Source: an uncultured Peptococcaceae bacterium (GTDB lineage Bacteria; Bacillota; Dehalobacteriia; UBA4068). From it: 63,017 bases of DNA. Shown in pieces: positions 10,052 to 19,861 of this stretch. How positions within the stretch are numbered: position 1 is the stretch's first letter; each line of letters begins with the position of its first letter. The stretch is taken from positions 1 through 63,017 of the forward strand of contig CASEQE010000046.1 in the NCBI GenBank assembly GCA_949289995.1. Reading direction: 5' to 3'. A model generated the notes under the pieces. That model searched no databases. It had not been told where the DNA came from and saw nothing but the letters and a program-made list of their open reading frames with translations. Both the position numbers and the translations under genes were made by a program.

Positions 10052-10162
10052 ATTTGTTTATTTACCGTTCATAAAAGCAGCGAATCTTTGCTTTTCCCCT
10101 GCTAAAACCCGTGAATGAATGGGTATATTTTTTAGCAACCACGCCGCTTCTACTGTGTATAA
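10011..10162. promoter_or_regulatory. DnaA-box cluster at the recF/murI junction
   Basis: TTATACCCA 10011-10019, TGTGGATAA 10023-10031 (perfect), TGTGGATAT 10034-10042, TGTGTATAA 10154-10162 (fits TTATNCACA). Confidence 0.7.
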
Positions 10163-10195
10163 CTTGTATTTTCCATGCCGCGATAAGCTTTTGAT

Positions 10196-11287
10196 CTAGG
10201 GATTAGAGGTTAATTTTCCTTTTTCCACATGCCACTGGCGTCCTCGGGAAAAAGAAAAATGGGTGGCGGTAAGAAAGGTTTGGGTTTTGCCCATGGTCAA
10301 GCGCAAAAGATTTTTTTGCCGCTGACCGTCCAATTCGCTTAATACGTCATCTAAAAGCAAAACCGGGTATTCGCCTCGTATTTCCTTAGCGATGGCCAAT
10401 TCCGCCAATTTTAAAGCCAAAGCGGCGCTACGTTGTTGTCCCTGGGAAGCATAAGCCCGGCTGGAAACGCCGTCAATATCGATGGCCAAATCGTCCCGAT
10501 GCGGCCCGCATAAGCTTATCCCCCGGCATAATTCTCCTCGCCGCATACGCTCTACTTGCGCGGTCAATTGCCGCCTTAGGCTTTCTTCATCCATTTGTTC
10601 TTCATCTCCAGACGCCAAAGCATAACTTTGATAATGCAAAGTCAATTTTTCCCCTTGCTGCAAAGATTCCTGCACATTTTCTACAATCGGCCGTAATAAA
10701 CCAATCAATTGCAAACGTCTCTGGGTAATTTTTGCCGCCAAATCGATAAATTGATAGTCCCATAGCGGCAATACATCTTCCCTTTGTTGTTTTAAACATT
10801 GATTGCGTTGTTTTACCACTTGATTATAACGAACCAATAAAGAAAAATATTCTGGATACAATTGACTCATCTGCCGGTTGATATAGCGGCGGCGCAAAGT
10901 CGGCCCGCCTTTAATCAGCAGCAAATCCTCCGGCGCAAAGGTTACTGTATGAAAACGACCGATAATTTCGTTAAGTTTGCGACAAACCTGCTGGTCTATT
11001 CGCCATTTTCTGCGTTTCTGTTTGTTTACCGCTGCAGAAAGGGAAAAGGATTCGTTTTTACTTTCTATATGTCCTTGCAAATAAAAATAATCTTTTTCCC
11101 ATTGTATCAATTCTCCTTCGCCGCAGCCGCGAAAAGAAGAAGCCATGGATAAATAACCAATCGCTTCCAGCAAATTGGATTTTCCTTGTGCGTTTTTACC
11201 GGTAATCAGGTTCAAATTCGGATCGAATTCCGCCTGTTGCTGATGATAGTTGCGAAAATTTTCTATATACAGACGGTTAATTTGCAT
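10196..11287 (-). CDS. recF: DNA replication/repair protein RecF
   Basis: NFRNY, GKNAQGKSNLLEAI, GPHRDDL, SQGQQRS, LLLDDVLSELD; directly downstream of dnaN. Confidence 0.96.
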   Translation of the reverse strand: MQINRLYIENFRNYHQQQAEFDPNLNLITGKNAQGKSNLLEAIGYLSMASSFRGCGEGELIQWEKDYFYLQGHIESKNESFSLSAAVNKQKRRKWRIDQQVCRKLNEIIGRFHTVTFAPEDLLLIKGGPTLRRRYINRQMSQLYPEYFSLLVRYNQVVKQRNQCLKQQREDVLPLWDYQFIDLAAKITQRRLQLIGLLRPIVENVQESLQQGEKLTLHYQSYALASGDEEQMDEESLRRQLTAQVERMRRGELCRGISLCGPHRDDLAIDIDGVSSRAYASQGQQRSAALALKLAELAIAKEIRGEYPVLLLDDVLSELDGQRQKNLLRLTMGKTQTFLTATHFSFSRGRQWHVEKGKLTSNP

Positions 11288-11288
11288 T

Positions 11289-12413
11289 TTAGCGGTTCAC
11301 CCTAACCGGCAATACCAGATATAAATAATCTTTATTTTCATCGCTAGCCCCTTCGATAATTCCCGGCGTAGTAGAGCCGGTTAAGCGAAAACATACCGTT
11401 TCGTCATCGATTACCTTTAAGGCTTCCAATAGATAACGGGCATTATAATTGGCCACCAAAGTTTCGCCCTGAATTTCCGCCGCCAATTCTTCTTTAATCG
11501 TACCTTCATCCGGCACTTCCGCCGCCAAAAACAGCTTATCGCCTTCAAAAGTTAGGCGTACGATATTGCCTTTGCCCCGAGTCACATCCCGGGAAATTAA
11601 AGAAGCCCGTTCCAAAGCATTGCACAAACGATGATTATGAATCAGCGAATGACAGCAAAACAAATTATCCGCCGGTAAAACCTGTTTATAATCCGGATAT
11701 TGTCCTACGATAACCCGGGAGGTAAAGGTTAAATTGCCCAAACGGAAATAAGCCTGATTACGATTGGCGGTTAGGGTAATTTCTTCCTCTTCGTTTACCG
11801 CCAAACGGGCGATTTCCTGCAAAGTGCGGCAAGGAATAATTAGCGAAGCTTCCCCTTGTCCGTGCCAGGCGCAAACGCCTTTGGCCAAGCGATGAGTATC
11901 AGTGGCTACCATAGTAATTTTATCCCCGGAAATTTCCAATAAAATACCGGTAAACACCGGCCTTACCTCGTCGTTGGCGGCGGCTATGGACACCTGCCGC
12001 ACCAAACGGCGAAACGGTTTTACCGGTATCGTCCCGTGGATTTCCCCTTCCGGTTGAGGCAAAGCGGGAAATTCTTCCGCCAAAAAACAAGGTACGGACA
12101 TTTGCGACCGTTCGTATTCCACCAACAATTGTTCCCGGCCCATGCTTGCCAAAGATATATTGGCGGAAGGAAGCAATCGGGTTATGCCAGCAAATTTTCG
12201 TCCCGGCACCGCCACTTCTCCCTCTTCCACAATATCCCCGTTGATTACGCATTCCATAGCCATTTCCAAATCCGTGGCCCGGAAGGATAGCAAACCGTCT
12301 TTGGCGGTAATTAAAATTCCGCCTAAAACCGGCAAAGTATTTTTGTTGCTTACCGCTCTTTCTACAGCCTGCACCGCATAGAGCAAATCTTCTTTTTGTA
12401 TATTGACTTTCAT
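11289..12413 (-). CDS. dnaN: DNA polymerase III beta sliding clamp
   Basis: LPVLGGILI, ATDLE, RPVFTG, VATDTHRL, YPDYKQV, NARYLLEAL, LVLPVR; true start MKVNIQ at 12413. Confidence 0.96.
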   Translation of the reverse strand: MKVNIQKEDLLYAVQAVERAVSNKNTLPVLGGILITAKDGLLSFRATDLEMAMECVINGDIVEEGEVAVPGRKFAGITRLLPSANISLASMGREQLLVEYERSQMSVPCFLAEEFPALPQPEGEIHGTIPVKPFRRLVRQVSIAAANDEVRPVFTGILLEISGDKITMVATDTHRLAKGVCAWHGQGEASLIIPCRTLQEIARLAVNEEEEITLTANRNQAYFRLGNLTFTSRVIVGQYPDYKQVLPADNLFCCHSLIHNHRLCNALERASLISRDVTRGKGNIVRLTFEGDKLFLAAEVPDEGTIKEELAAEIQGETLVANYNARYLLEALKVIDDETVCFRLTGSTTPGIIEGASDENKDYLYLVLPVRVNR

Positions 12414-12504
12414 CTTTTCAACCCTTTCTTTGCGGATATCTTTTTTGCGCCGCCGTCGGTTTAACGGGGAAACAAGAAAAACGATTCGGATCAGGATGAG
12501 GATA

Positions 12505-12740
12505 AGGATATATATAGTAGTCATAATAAGGGGTGTGAAAAATGGGGATAAATGGAATTTGATAAAGTATAGCAGGTTTTTTGGTAAAAATATCCTGTTG
12601 ATATATTTTTGTCTTTTTCCCCATTATACAACGTAGGCAAAGTCTTGCTTTTTTATTCAACCAAAAAGCAACGACTATTTTTTTAATCTACAAAGTTTCA
12701 ACGTGGTTTTCACCGTTTATCCTCAATTTTTTGTGGATAA
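12505..12740. other. Putative oriC unwinding module: two DnaA boxes, C4 clamp, DnaA-trios, AT-rich tract, plus upstream DnaA boxes
   Basis: Minus strand reads TTATCCCCA (12543-12551), TTTTTCACA (12534-12542), CCCC, TTA TTA TGA CTA CTA, TATATAT toward dnaN; also TTATCCTCA 12717-12725 and TGTGGATAA 12732-12740. Confidence 0.75.
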
Positions 12741-12833
12741 AATTTACCCCTAGCGACAATCTATGGTTTATTATAACATAACTAAAGAAATAAAAAATGC
12801 CGTGGTAAAAAAAAATTGCCAGGAAAAAAGTTT

Positions 12834-15194
12834 TTAGCCGCTTAAAAATTTTTGTTTTGCCGTAACGGCGCTTTGTAATTCTTTGCTTATTTCTTGTTTT
12901 TGTTCTTGCAAAAATAAGGCGTCTTCCCGGGCAATTTGCAATAAATCTGCATCTTTAGCTAAATCGGCAACACGCAGTTGGGGTAAACCGTGCTGTCTTT
13001 GACCAAAAAATTCTCCCGGCCCTCTTTGGCGCAAATCCGCTTCCGCCAAGGCAAAACCGTCGCTACAGGAAACAATGGTTTTTAGTCTTTCTTTGGCAAT
13101 ACCTGCAACAGGATTATGTAACAATAAACAATACCCCTGATCTTTTCCCCGGCCGATTCTGCCTCGCAATTGATGCAATTGGGCCAGGCCGAACCGTTCC
13201 GCATCCCGAATCAACATAATCGTGGCGTTGGGAATATCCACCCCCACTTCTACCACCGTGGTAGAAACCAAAATTTGAATTTGATTTTTTTGAAAAGCTT
13301 CGGTTATGCTTTGTTTCTCTGCGTTTTTTAAACGGCCATGCAATAAACCTACCTGATATTGAGGAAAACGGTTTTGCATTTGTTGAAAGCAGCTTTCTGC
13401 TCCCGCCAAATCTAATTTTTCGCTTTCTTCAATTAAAGGACAAATTATAAAAGCCTGATGATGCTTTGCCAATTCTTTGGCGATAAAAGCATAAATCCTT
13501 TCTTCCATGCCATAATCCGCTGCATAAGTGCGCACCGGTAATCTGCCCGGCGGCGATTGATCAATAATCGACATAGCCAAATCCGCATAAACCGTCATAG
13601 CCAATGTGCGGGGAATCGGCGTCGCCGACATGACCAGCGTATCGGTTAAACTTTCCGCCAATTTAGCCCTTTGCATAACGCCGAAACGATGTTGTTCGTC
13701 GGTTATGGCCAAACCCGGCATATGCCATTGCAAATCGTCGTTTAATAAAGCATGGGTGCCAATCAGCACATTTATTTTACCGGCGGCAAAATCAGCAATA
13801 ATATGCCGTTTTTCCTTGGCTGGCAGGGAACCAATTAATATTTCTGTTGTCAAAGAAAACTGTTGAAATAACGGCGCCAGGTTTTGATAATGCTGTTCTG
13901 CAAGGATTTCCGTAGGCGCCATTAAAATCCCTTGTTTTCCCCCTAGACAGGTTTTCAAAATTGCCGCCGCCGCTACCATGGTTTTGCCGCAACCTACATC
14001 TCCTTGCACCAAACGGGCCATAGGCCGGGGCCGGTTTAAATCCTGAAAAATTTCGCCGATTACCCGCTTTTGCGCCTCCGTTAAGGAATAGGGGAGAGCG
14101 GCGGCGAAAGTTTTCAGCAAAACTTGGTCGTTTTGCCGCGGACGGTGGATTTCCGCCGGTTTTTGATTTTGTTGAAAGCCGGTAATCGCCAATTGTAAAA
14201 TCAGCAATTCTTCATAAGCCATGCGCCGGCGACATTGTTCCAAAGTTTGAAAATCTTGCGGAAAATGGAGTTGATACAGGGCTTCCCCCCGAGAAGGCCA
14301 ATTGTGTTTATTACATAATACCGGCGGTAGAATTTCTTTGATACAAGGAGCGTAGCGGCGGCAGATTTGTTCCGTTAGCTGAACCAGGGTTTTTTGATGC
14401 AATCCCTCCACCCGGCGATAAATAGGCTGGATACCACTGGTAGGCAAAGCGTCGTCCCAATAAAAATCTTCGGCAATAAATTGCTGCCGGCCAAAAGCAT
14501 TTTCCTTATGTCCCAATACACTGATTTGCCGTCCTTTGCGCATTTGTTGCGCCAGATAGCGCTGATTGAACCATATTACGGTAATTGCGCCGCTTTCATC
14601 CTCCAGCTGCGCTTTTAATAGCGTGAGTTTGCTTCTGGTAGGTTGAATTTGCCAATCGGTTAAAGCGCCGCGAATCACTCGGCTTTCCCCTATAGGCAAA
14701 CGGTTTACCGGGGTGAGGCCGCGCCAGTCTCGATAGGCCCGAGGAAAGAAAAACAGCAAATCCCCGGCGGTGTGTATATGCAATTTGGCCAAAAGCGCCG
14801 CCCGCTTGGGGCCGATGCCGGGTAAAGATACCATAGGTATATCCAGCCCCGGCAGGGAAACGGCGGATTGGTTTTTTGTCGGCGGATTGGCTTTTGCCGG
14901 CGGATTGGCTTTTGTCGGCGGATTGGTTTTTGTCGGCGGATTGGTTTTTGCCGGCGTTTGGCTTTTGTTGCTGGGTTGGTTCGCCCCTTTATCGGCGATT
15001 TGTTGCGCGATGGCCTGCAAAAGGCGAGGCCGCTCTTGAAGAGCGGCCTCCTGATAGGCATTGGCCAACGCCGCCAAAGCCTGGTTGTGTTCCAGGCTGG
15101 CCTGGGCCGCCACATAAGCGGCAAAACCTCCGAAAACAGCGCTGTCGCAATAGCCCAGTTTTCGTTCTTTTTCGATTAAATGGCGAATGTCCAT
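12834..15194 (-). CDS. recG: ATP-dependent DNA helicase RecG
   Basis: LVQGDVGCGKT, APTEILAEQH, DEQHRFGV, SATPIPRTL, LHQLRGRIGRG, RGPGEFFG. Confidence 0.96.
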   Translation of the reverse strand: MDIRHLIEKERKLGYCDSAVFGGFAAYVAAQASLEHNQALAALANAYQEAALQERPRLLQAIAQQIADKGANQPSNKSQTPAKTNPPTKTNPPTKANPPAKANPPTKNQSAVSLPGLDIPMVSLPGIGPKRAALLAKLHIHTAGDLLFFFPRAYRDWRGLTPVNRLPIGESRVIRGALTDWQIQPTRSKLTLLKAQLEDESGAITVIWFNQRYLAQQMRKGRQISVLGHKENAFGRQQFIAEDFYWDDALPTSGIQPIYRRVEGLHQKTLVQLTEQICRRYAPCIKEILPPVLCNKHNWPSRGEALYQLHFPQDFQTLEQCRRRMAYEELLILQLAITGFQQNQKPAEIHRPRQNDQVLLKTFAAALPYSLTEAQKRVIGEIFQDLNRPRPMARLVQGDVGCGKTMVAAAAILKTCLGGKQGILMAPTEILAEQHYQNLAPLFQQFSLTTEILIGSLPAKEKRHIIADFAAGKINVLIGTHALLNDDLQWHMPGLAITDEQHRFGVMQRAKLAESLTDTLVMSATPIPRTLAMTVYADLAMSIIDQSPPGRLPVRTYAADYGMEERIYAFIAKELAKHHQAFIICPLIEESEKLDLAGAESCFQQMQNRFPQYQVGLLHGRLKNAEKQSITEAFQKNQIQILVSTTVVEVGVDIPNATIMLIRDAERFGLAQLHQLRGRIGRGKDQGYCLLLHNPVAGIAKERLKTIVSCSDGFALAEADLRQRGPGEFFGQRQHGLPQLRVADLAKDADLLQIAREDALFLQEQKQEISKELQSAVTAKQKFLSG
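14862..14970 (-). repeat. 18-bp tandem repeat, about 5-6 copies, encoding (T/A)NPP(T/A)K in the RecG N-terminal linker
   Basis: GGCGGATTGG(C/T)TTTTG(T/C)C units. Confidence 0.9.
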
Positions 15195-15213
15195 ACTTTG
15201 CCTCAAGAATAAT

Positions 15214-16647
15214 TTATACGTTTAGTTCGGGATGTAAATCTTCCTGGGGATATTTGGCCAGCAGGGGATAAACTTGGGAATCGAGAAATTCCCGGGTTTG
15301 TTCCGGAGCCAAACCTACGTATAATTCCGGTTGCAACAAATCCGCCAATTCCTGGGGATCCAGGTCAAAGGCTGGGTCGGCGGCAATTCTTTGCAATAAA
15401 TCGTTGGTTTTACCCGCCAGTTTTACTTCCGCCGCCGCCGCCTGGGTATGTTGCCGCAAACGTTCGTGAAGCAATTGCCGGTGTCCGCCTTTTTCCACCG
15501 CCCGCATCATAATATTCTCCGTGGCCATAAAAGGCAGCTTTTCCATAACCCGTCGGCGAATCACCAAGGGATAAACCACCAAACCTTCGCTGATATTGAT
15601 GTAGATATTTAATATGGCGTCCACTGCCAGAAAAGCTTCGGCTACGGCGATTCTTTTATTGGCGGAATCATCCAGGGTGCGTTCAAACCATTGCTCCGCC
15701 GCGGTACAGGCCGGATTGAGGCTGTTGACCATTACATAGCGGGCCAAAGCGGTTATCCGTTCCGAACGCATGGGATTGCGTTTATAGGGCATGGCCGAAG
15801 AACCAATTTGCTCTTTTTCAAAAGGTTCCTCTATTTCTTCAAAGGATTGCAGCAGCCGGATATCGTTGGCAAATTTATGGGCGCTTTGGGCAATACCGGA
15901 CAAAACCGCCAGCATATTGGCGTCCACTTTGCGGGAATAGGTTTGTCCCGATACCGGAACCACCGAGGAAAATCCCATTTCCGCAGCAATATATTCTTCC
16001 AGCTGTTTCACTTTTTGCTGGTCGCCGTGGAACAGCTCCAAAAAGCTGGCCTGGGTGCCGGTGGCTCCTTTGGAACCCAGCAGGGACAAATGATCCAGCC
16101 GGTATTGGATATCTTGGATATCCATCATCAATTCCCATATCCACAGACAGGCTCGTTTGCCCACAGTGGTAAGCTGAGCCGGCTGCAAATGGGTGTAGGC
16201 CAGGCAGGGCAATTGCCGGTATTGTTCGGCAAAGGCGGCCAGATTTTTGACCACTTGTACCAGCTTGCCCCGAATCAGCCGGGCGGCTTTGTCGAGAATG
16301 ATAATATCGGTATTGTCTCCCACATAGCAGGAAGTAGCGCCCAAATGGATAATTGGCGCTGCTATGGGGCATTCCTTGCCGTAGGCGTATACATGGGCCA
16401 TCACATCGTGGCGCACTTCTTTTTCTCGGGCCGCCGCCGCTTGATAATCGATGCGGGGCAGGGCTTCTTCCATAGCGGCGATTTGTTGGTCGCTGATGTT
16501 CAGACCCAGTTTTTGTTCTCCTTTGGCCAAGGCGATCCATAACCGCCGCCAGGTGGTAAATTTAAATTCCGGCGAAAACAAATATTGCATTTCCTGACTG
16601 GCATAACGGCTGGAAAGGGGAGATACGTAATTTTTTTTGTCGTCCAT
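15214..16647 (-). CDS. purB: Adenylosuccinate lyase
   Basis: RHDVMAH, IHLGATS, THLQPAQ, GSSAMPYKRNPM signature. Confidence 0.96.
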   Translation of the reverse strand: MDDKKNYVSPLSSRYASQEMQYLFSPEFKFTTWRRLWIALAKGEQKLGLNISDQQIAAMEEALPRIDYQAAAAREKEVRHDVMAHVYAYGKECPIAAPIIHLGATSCYVGDNTDIIILDKAARLIRGKLVQVVKNLAAFAEQYRQLPCLAYTHLQPAQLTTVGKRACLWIWELMMDIQDIQYRLDHLSLLGSKGATGTQASFLELFHGDQQKVKQLEEYIAAEMGFSSVVPVSGQTYSRKVDANMLAVLSGIAQSAHKFANDIRLLQSFEEIEEPFEKEQIGSSAMPYKRNPMRSERITALARYVMVNSLNPACTAAEQWFERTLDDSANKRIAVAEAFLAVDAILNIYINISEGLVVYPLVIRRRVMEKLPFMATENIMMRAVEKGGHRQLLHERLRQHTQAAAAEVKLAGKTNDLLQRIAADPAFDLDPQELADLLQPELYVGLAPEQTREFLDSQVYPLLAKYPQEDLHPELNV

Positions 16648-16669
16648 AATTTTTCCTTTTATTATTTAT

Positions 16670-17362
16670 TTAATCGGCGTGGGGCTGATGTTGATCAATA
16701 TCCGCTCCGCGCAAATATTGGGGTTCTTGATTGACGATATCGATAAATTCGCCTTGCTTAAATTTTTCCCAGCCCAAAACGGCCGCGGCGGCGGCCATAA
16801 AGCGGCGCCGGTCGCCGGCAGCTTGCCGGTAGTTTTCCGCCAATATTTCCTGTAGGCAGCAGCGATATTTGCTCAGCCCGTCTCCGGAAAACACCACCGG
16901 CGCGTTTAATTGCCGTAGGCGCATAGCCAAAAGCTGTGGGTTTACCCCATCGTCGTTCCAAAGCCGTTTACCCCCTTGAAACAAAGCGGTGTAAACTTCG
17001 TCCCGGCGGGCGTCAAACAGCGGGCAGGAATAAACTGGACTATCGCCGGTAGCGGCCCAGGCCATGGCCTGGGTGCTGCTGATGCCCACCACCGGCAAAT
17101 CCAGGGCAAAAGCCCAGGCTTTTACCGTGGCAAGACCAATGCGCAAACCGGTAAAGGAACCGGGGCCTAGGGTTACCGCCAGGGCGGACAAGTCCTTTAG
17201 CTTTATACCGGAAAGGGAAAACAAAGCATCGGCCATAGGCAGCAGGGATTGGGAGTGGGTAGTGGCGTTATACAGGGAAAATTCACCGCATATCCCTTCC
17301 TCATCGGCAATGGCCAGGCTTAAACTGGATGTGGAAGTATCCACGGCCAAAATTTTGCTCAT
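16670..17362 (-). CDS. tsaB: t6A biosynthesis protein TsaB
   Basis: ILAVDTST, GPGSFTGLRIG, DARRDEVY, PQYLR; follows tsaE. Confidence 0.93.
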   Translation of the reverse strand: MSKILAVDTSTSSLSLAIADEEGICGEFSLYNATTHSQSLLPMADALFSLSGIKLKDLSALAVTLGPGSFTGLRIGLATVKAWAFALDLPVVGISSTQAMAWAATGDSPVYSCPLFDARRDEVYTALFQGGKRLWNDDGVNPQLLAMRLRQLNAPVVFSGDGLSKYRCCLQEILAENYRQAAGDRRRFMAAAAAVLGWEKFKQGEFIDIVNQEPQYLRGADIDQHQPHAD

Positions 17363-17823
17363 ACAAGTACCTCCCATAACCATTGATGTTTTTCCCGGTT
17401 AAAGTCAAATGTCAATTCCCGGCAATCCTCTTCCGCCACCCGGTTTATACCTATGTTTATCCGGTCTTGGGGTAAAAATTCCGCTACATATTGCGGCCAT
17501 TCCACAAAGGTAACGGCGCCGTTTTGAAAACATTCTTCCACACCCAATTCCACTTTATCCTCATATGTCAAAAGTTCCAGACGGTATCCATCCAGATGAT
17601 AAAAGGGGATTTTTCCCGGATAACTTTGATAATAGATGAAAGTAGGGCTGGTAATGGGTTCTTTTATACCCATACCTCGAGCGATAGCTGCGGCCAGCAG
17701 GGTTTTCCCCGCCCCCAAATCACCGTATACGGCAAAAACAACTCCTTGATTCAGCCGGCTGCCGATTTTTTCCCCCAGGGAAATGGTTTCCTGAGGGTTT
17801 TTGCTGGTATAAGAAACAATCAT
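17359..17823 (-). CDS. tsaE: t6A biosynthesis ATPase TsaE
   Basis: GDLGAGKT, ITSPTF, YHLDGYRL, VEWP. Confidence 0.94.
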   Translation of the reverse strand: MIVSYTSKNPQETISLGEKIGSRLNQGVVFAVYGDLGAGKTLLAAAIARGMGIKEPITSPTFIYYQSYPGKIPFYHLDGYRLELLTYEDKVELGVEECFQNGAVTFVEWPQYVAEFLPQDRINIGINRVAEEDCRELTFDFNREKHQWLWEVLV

Positions 17824-17841
17824 AGCGATTTTTTTCGCGGC

Positions 17842-18447
17842 TTATAAGCCGCCCTTATCCTCATTTTGTTTATAATTGGCGGAAATAATGCTATTATATT
17901 TAGTTGCAACCTGCAAAAAATCCTCCCAAACCGGTCTTTTTTTCCCTTCGTCCCGCAGCAAGGCCGCCGGGTGATAGGTAGGCAATATGGGAAATATGCC
18001 TCCCTGCCGCCATTGTCCCCGGCCTTTGCTGATGCGGAAACCGCTGTCGTTTAGCAAGGTTTGGCTGGCCAAAGCCCCTAAAGCCACAATAAGCGCCGGC
18101 CGGACGATGCGGATTTGTTCCCGCAAAAAAGGCTTACAGGCGGCGGTTTCTTCCTCGGTAGGCAGGCGGTTGCCGGGAGGCCGGCATTTGACCACGTTGC
18201 AGACGTATATATCTTCCTGGGGCAGGCCGGCGGCGGCGATGATTTTGTCCAACAACCGTCCGGCTTGGCCCACGAAAGGTATGCCCTGGGCATCTTCTTC
18301 TCTGCCGGGACCTTCTCCCACCAGCATAATCCGGGCCTGGGGATTGCCTTTGCCGAATACGATATGCCGCCGGTTTCGGCATAGGCCGCAGCGGCGGCAA
18401 CCGGCCATAGCGGCTTGCAAATCATGCAAAGCTTGTTCCGGGTTCAT
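17842..18447 (-). CDS. Family-4 (Fe-S) uracil-DNA glycosylase
   Basis: CRRCGL, VGEGPG, PFVGQAG, NVVKCRPPGNR, TYHPAALLR. Confidence 0.92.
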   Translation of the reverse strand: MNPEQALHDLQAAMAGCRRCGLCRNRRHIVFGKGNPQARIMLVGEGPGREEDAQGIPFVGQAGRLLDKIIAAAGLPQEDIYVCNVVKCRPPGNRLPTEEETAACKPFLREQIRIVRPALIVALGALASQTLLNDSGFRISKGRGQWRQGGIFPILPTYHPAALLRDEGKKRPVWEDFLQVATKYNSIISANYKQNEDKGGL

Positions 18448-19391
18448 AGGCTTTTGCCCTGGCCATTTTCCGCCGCCGGGGGAACCAATAGGGTTAAAGC
18501 TTCGGGTATGGTGCGAATGGAAAGGGGTAAAAAGCCGTAGGCTTCCCCGTCCAGATCCAATTCCGCCCGTATATCGGCGGGCGTATAAAAATCCACCTGC
18601 CGGGTTTGAAAGTAAACCAAACCGGGATCGTTTTCGATTTCTCTTTTGATCAGTTTTTCCAGCAGGTTGAAAGGGGCGGTCAAATCCCGAGGCTGTATGG
18701 GCATTTGTTTGCGTTTTAGCAGCAATACGTCTAAAAGCCCGTCATCCACTTTGGCTTTGCTCATCAAGCGGCGAATATTGCCTACGCTGGGAGAATTGCT
18801 GACGATACAGACCATAAAATCGCCGCGAATGTTTTTTTCGGCGCTGCGCATTTCCACCGGCAGGGTAGAGAACAGTTCCTGAACCTCCCGCACGCCTTGC
18901 AGATAATAGGCCATTTTTCCCAAAACGCTTTTGTTTTCCGCCGAGGTTTTATGAGCCACATCGGTAAACATGCCAAAGGCGGCTACATTGACAAAATAAT
19001 TGTCATTGGCCATGCCCAAATCCACTTTTTTATATTGCCCCGCCTGTACCATACGGCAGAAATTATCTGCATCGCAAGGCAGGCGCAGGCTATAGGCGAA
19101 ATCGTTCACCGTGCCTGCCGGCAACATAGCCAGGGGAATTCGGCAACCTCCTTTCATGATACCGTTTACCAGTTGATTCAATGTGCCGTCGCCGCCGCAG
19201 CCGATTAACAAATCGTATTCTCCAGGGCGCAGGGATTTGGCGGCCTCTTCGCCGTCTTTCCCCCCTTGGGTGGCGTATACGTCTATGCTTTCGGCGGTAC
19301 CCTGCAGCAGCAGCCGGCCGACAATGGTTTCCAAATTTTTTTGAACCACTCTTCTACCGGAATGGGGATTGTAAATGACTTTAATTCGCAT
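18444..19391 (-). CDS. Diacylglycerol/YegS-family lipid kinase
   Basis: YNPHSG, GGDGTLN, PAGTVNDFA, DDGLLDV, LDGE. Confidence 0.92.
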   Translation of the reverse strand: MRIKVIYNPHSGRRVVQKNLETIVGRLLLQGTAESIDVYATQGGKDGEEAAKSLRPGEYDLLIGCGGDGTLNQLVNGIMKGGCRIPLAMLPAGTVNDFAYSLRLPCDADNFCRMVQAGQYKKVDLGMANDNYFVNVAAFGMFTDVAHKTSAENKSVLGKMAYYLQGVREVQELFSTLPVEMRSAEKNIRGDFMVCIVSNSPSVGNIRRLMSKAKVDDGLLDVLLLKRKQMPIQPRDLTAPFNLLEKLIKREIENDPGLVYFQTRQVDFYTPADIRAELDLDGEAYGFLPLSIRTIPEALTLLVPPAAENGQGKSL

Positions 19392-19684
19392 AAAAGAAAA
19401 CTCCGTTTTTTTAAAAACGCCGGCGGCGCTTATTGAAGATTTAGGCCTGCCTGCGTCTTATAAGAATAAAAAAAAAATAAAAATAAAAAAGAATAAGAAT
19501 ATATGCTTCCTATTAAAATATTTATATATAAAATATATTGTATAGTATATATGATTTATTTCGCCGTCTCAACCGTTTTTGGAAAATTTTATCCCGGCGC
19601 AGATTGTTTTTTGAATTAAATGATGGGTTTGCTTTTACAGCCACACGCAGAGGACTTGCTGGTTTGGCAAGAATATATAGCGTT

Positions 19685-19713
19685 TTGACCCATTGCTTGG
19701 AGTATGCTATACT
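19685..19713 (+). promoter_or_regulatory. sigmaA-type promoter for the DUF116-NUDIX genes
   Basis: TTGACC-17 bp-TATACT with extended TG at 19705-19706. Confidence 0.6.
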
Positions 19714-19861
19714 AAAATAAGCGATAAAAATTTTTGTTTCAGAAAACGGTTTTTTCTGGAATAAGCAGGCTTTATCAAAAAAGTGCGTAAATTGCAGGAA
19801 TATGCAAAGTTAACTGAAAATTTTATTATAAAATATCGGGTATACGGATAGAGAGAATTGC

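Noticed and set aside
12414-12524. 37-aa N-terminal extension of DnaN in the ORF track
   Set aside because: It is a translation of the origin trio/AT region; homology starts at MKVNIQ (12413)
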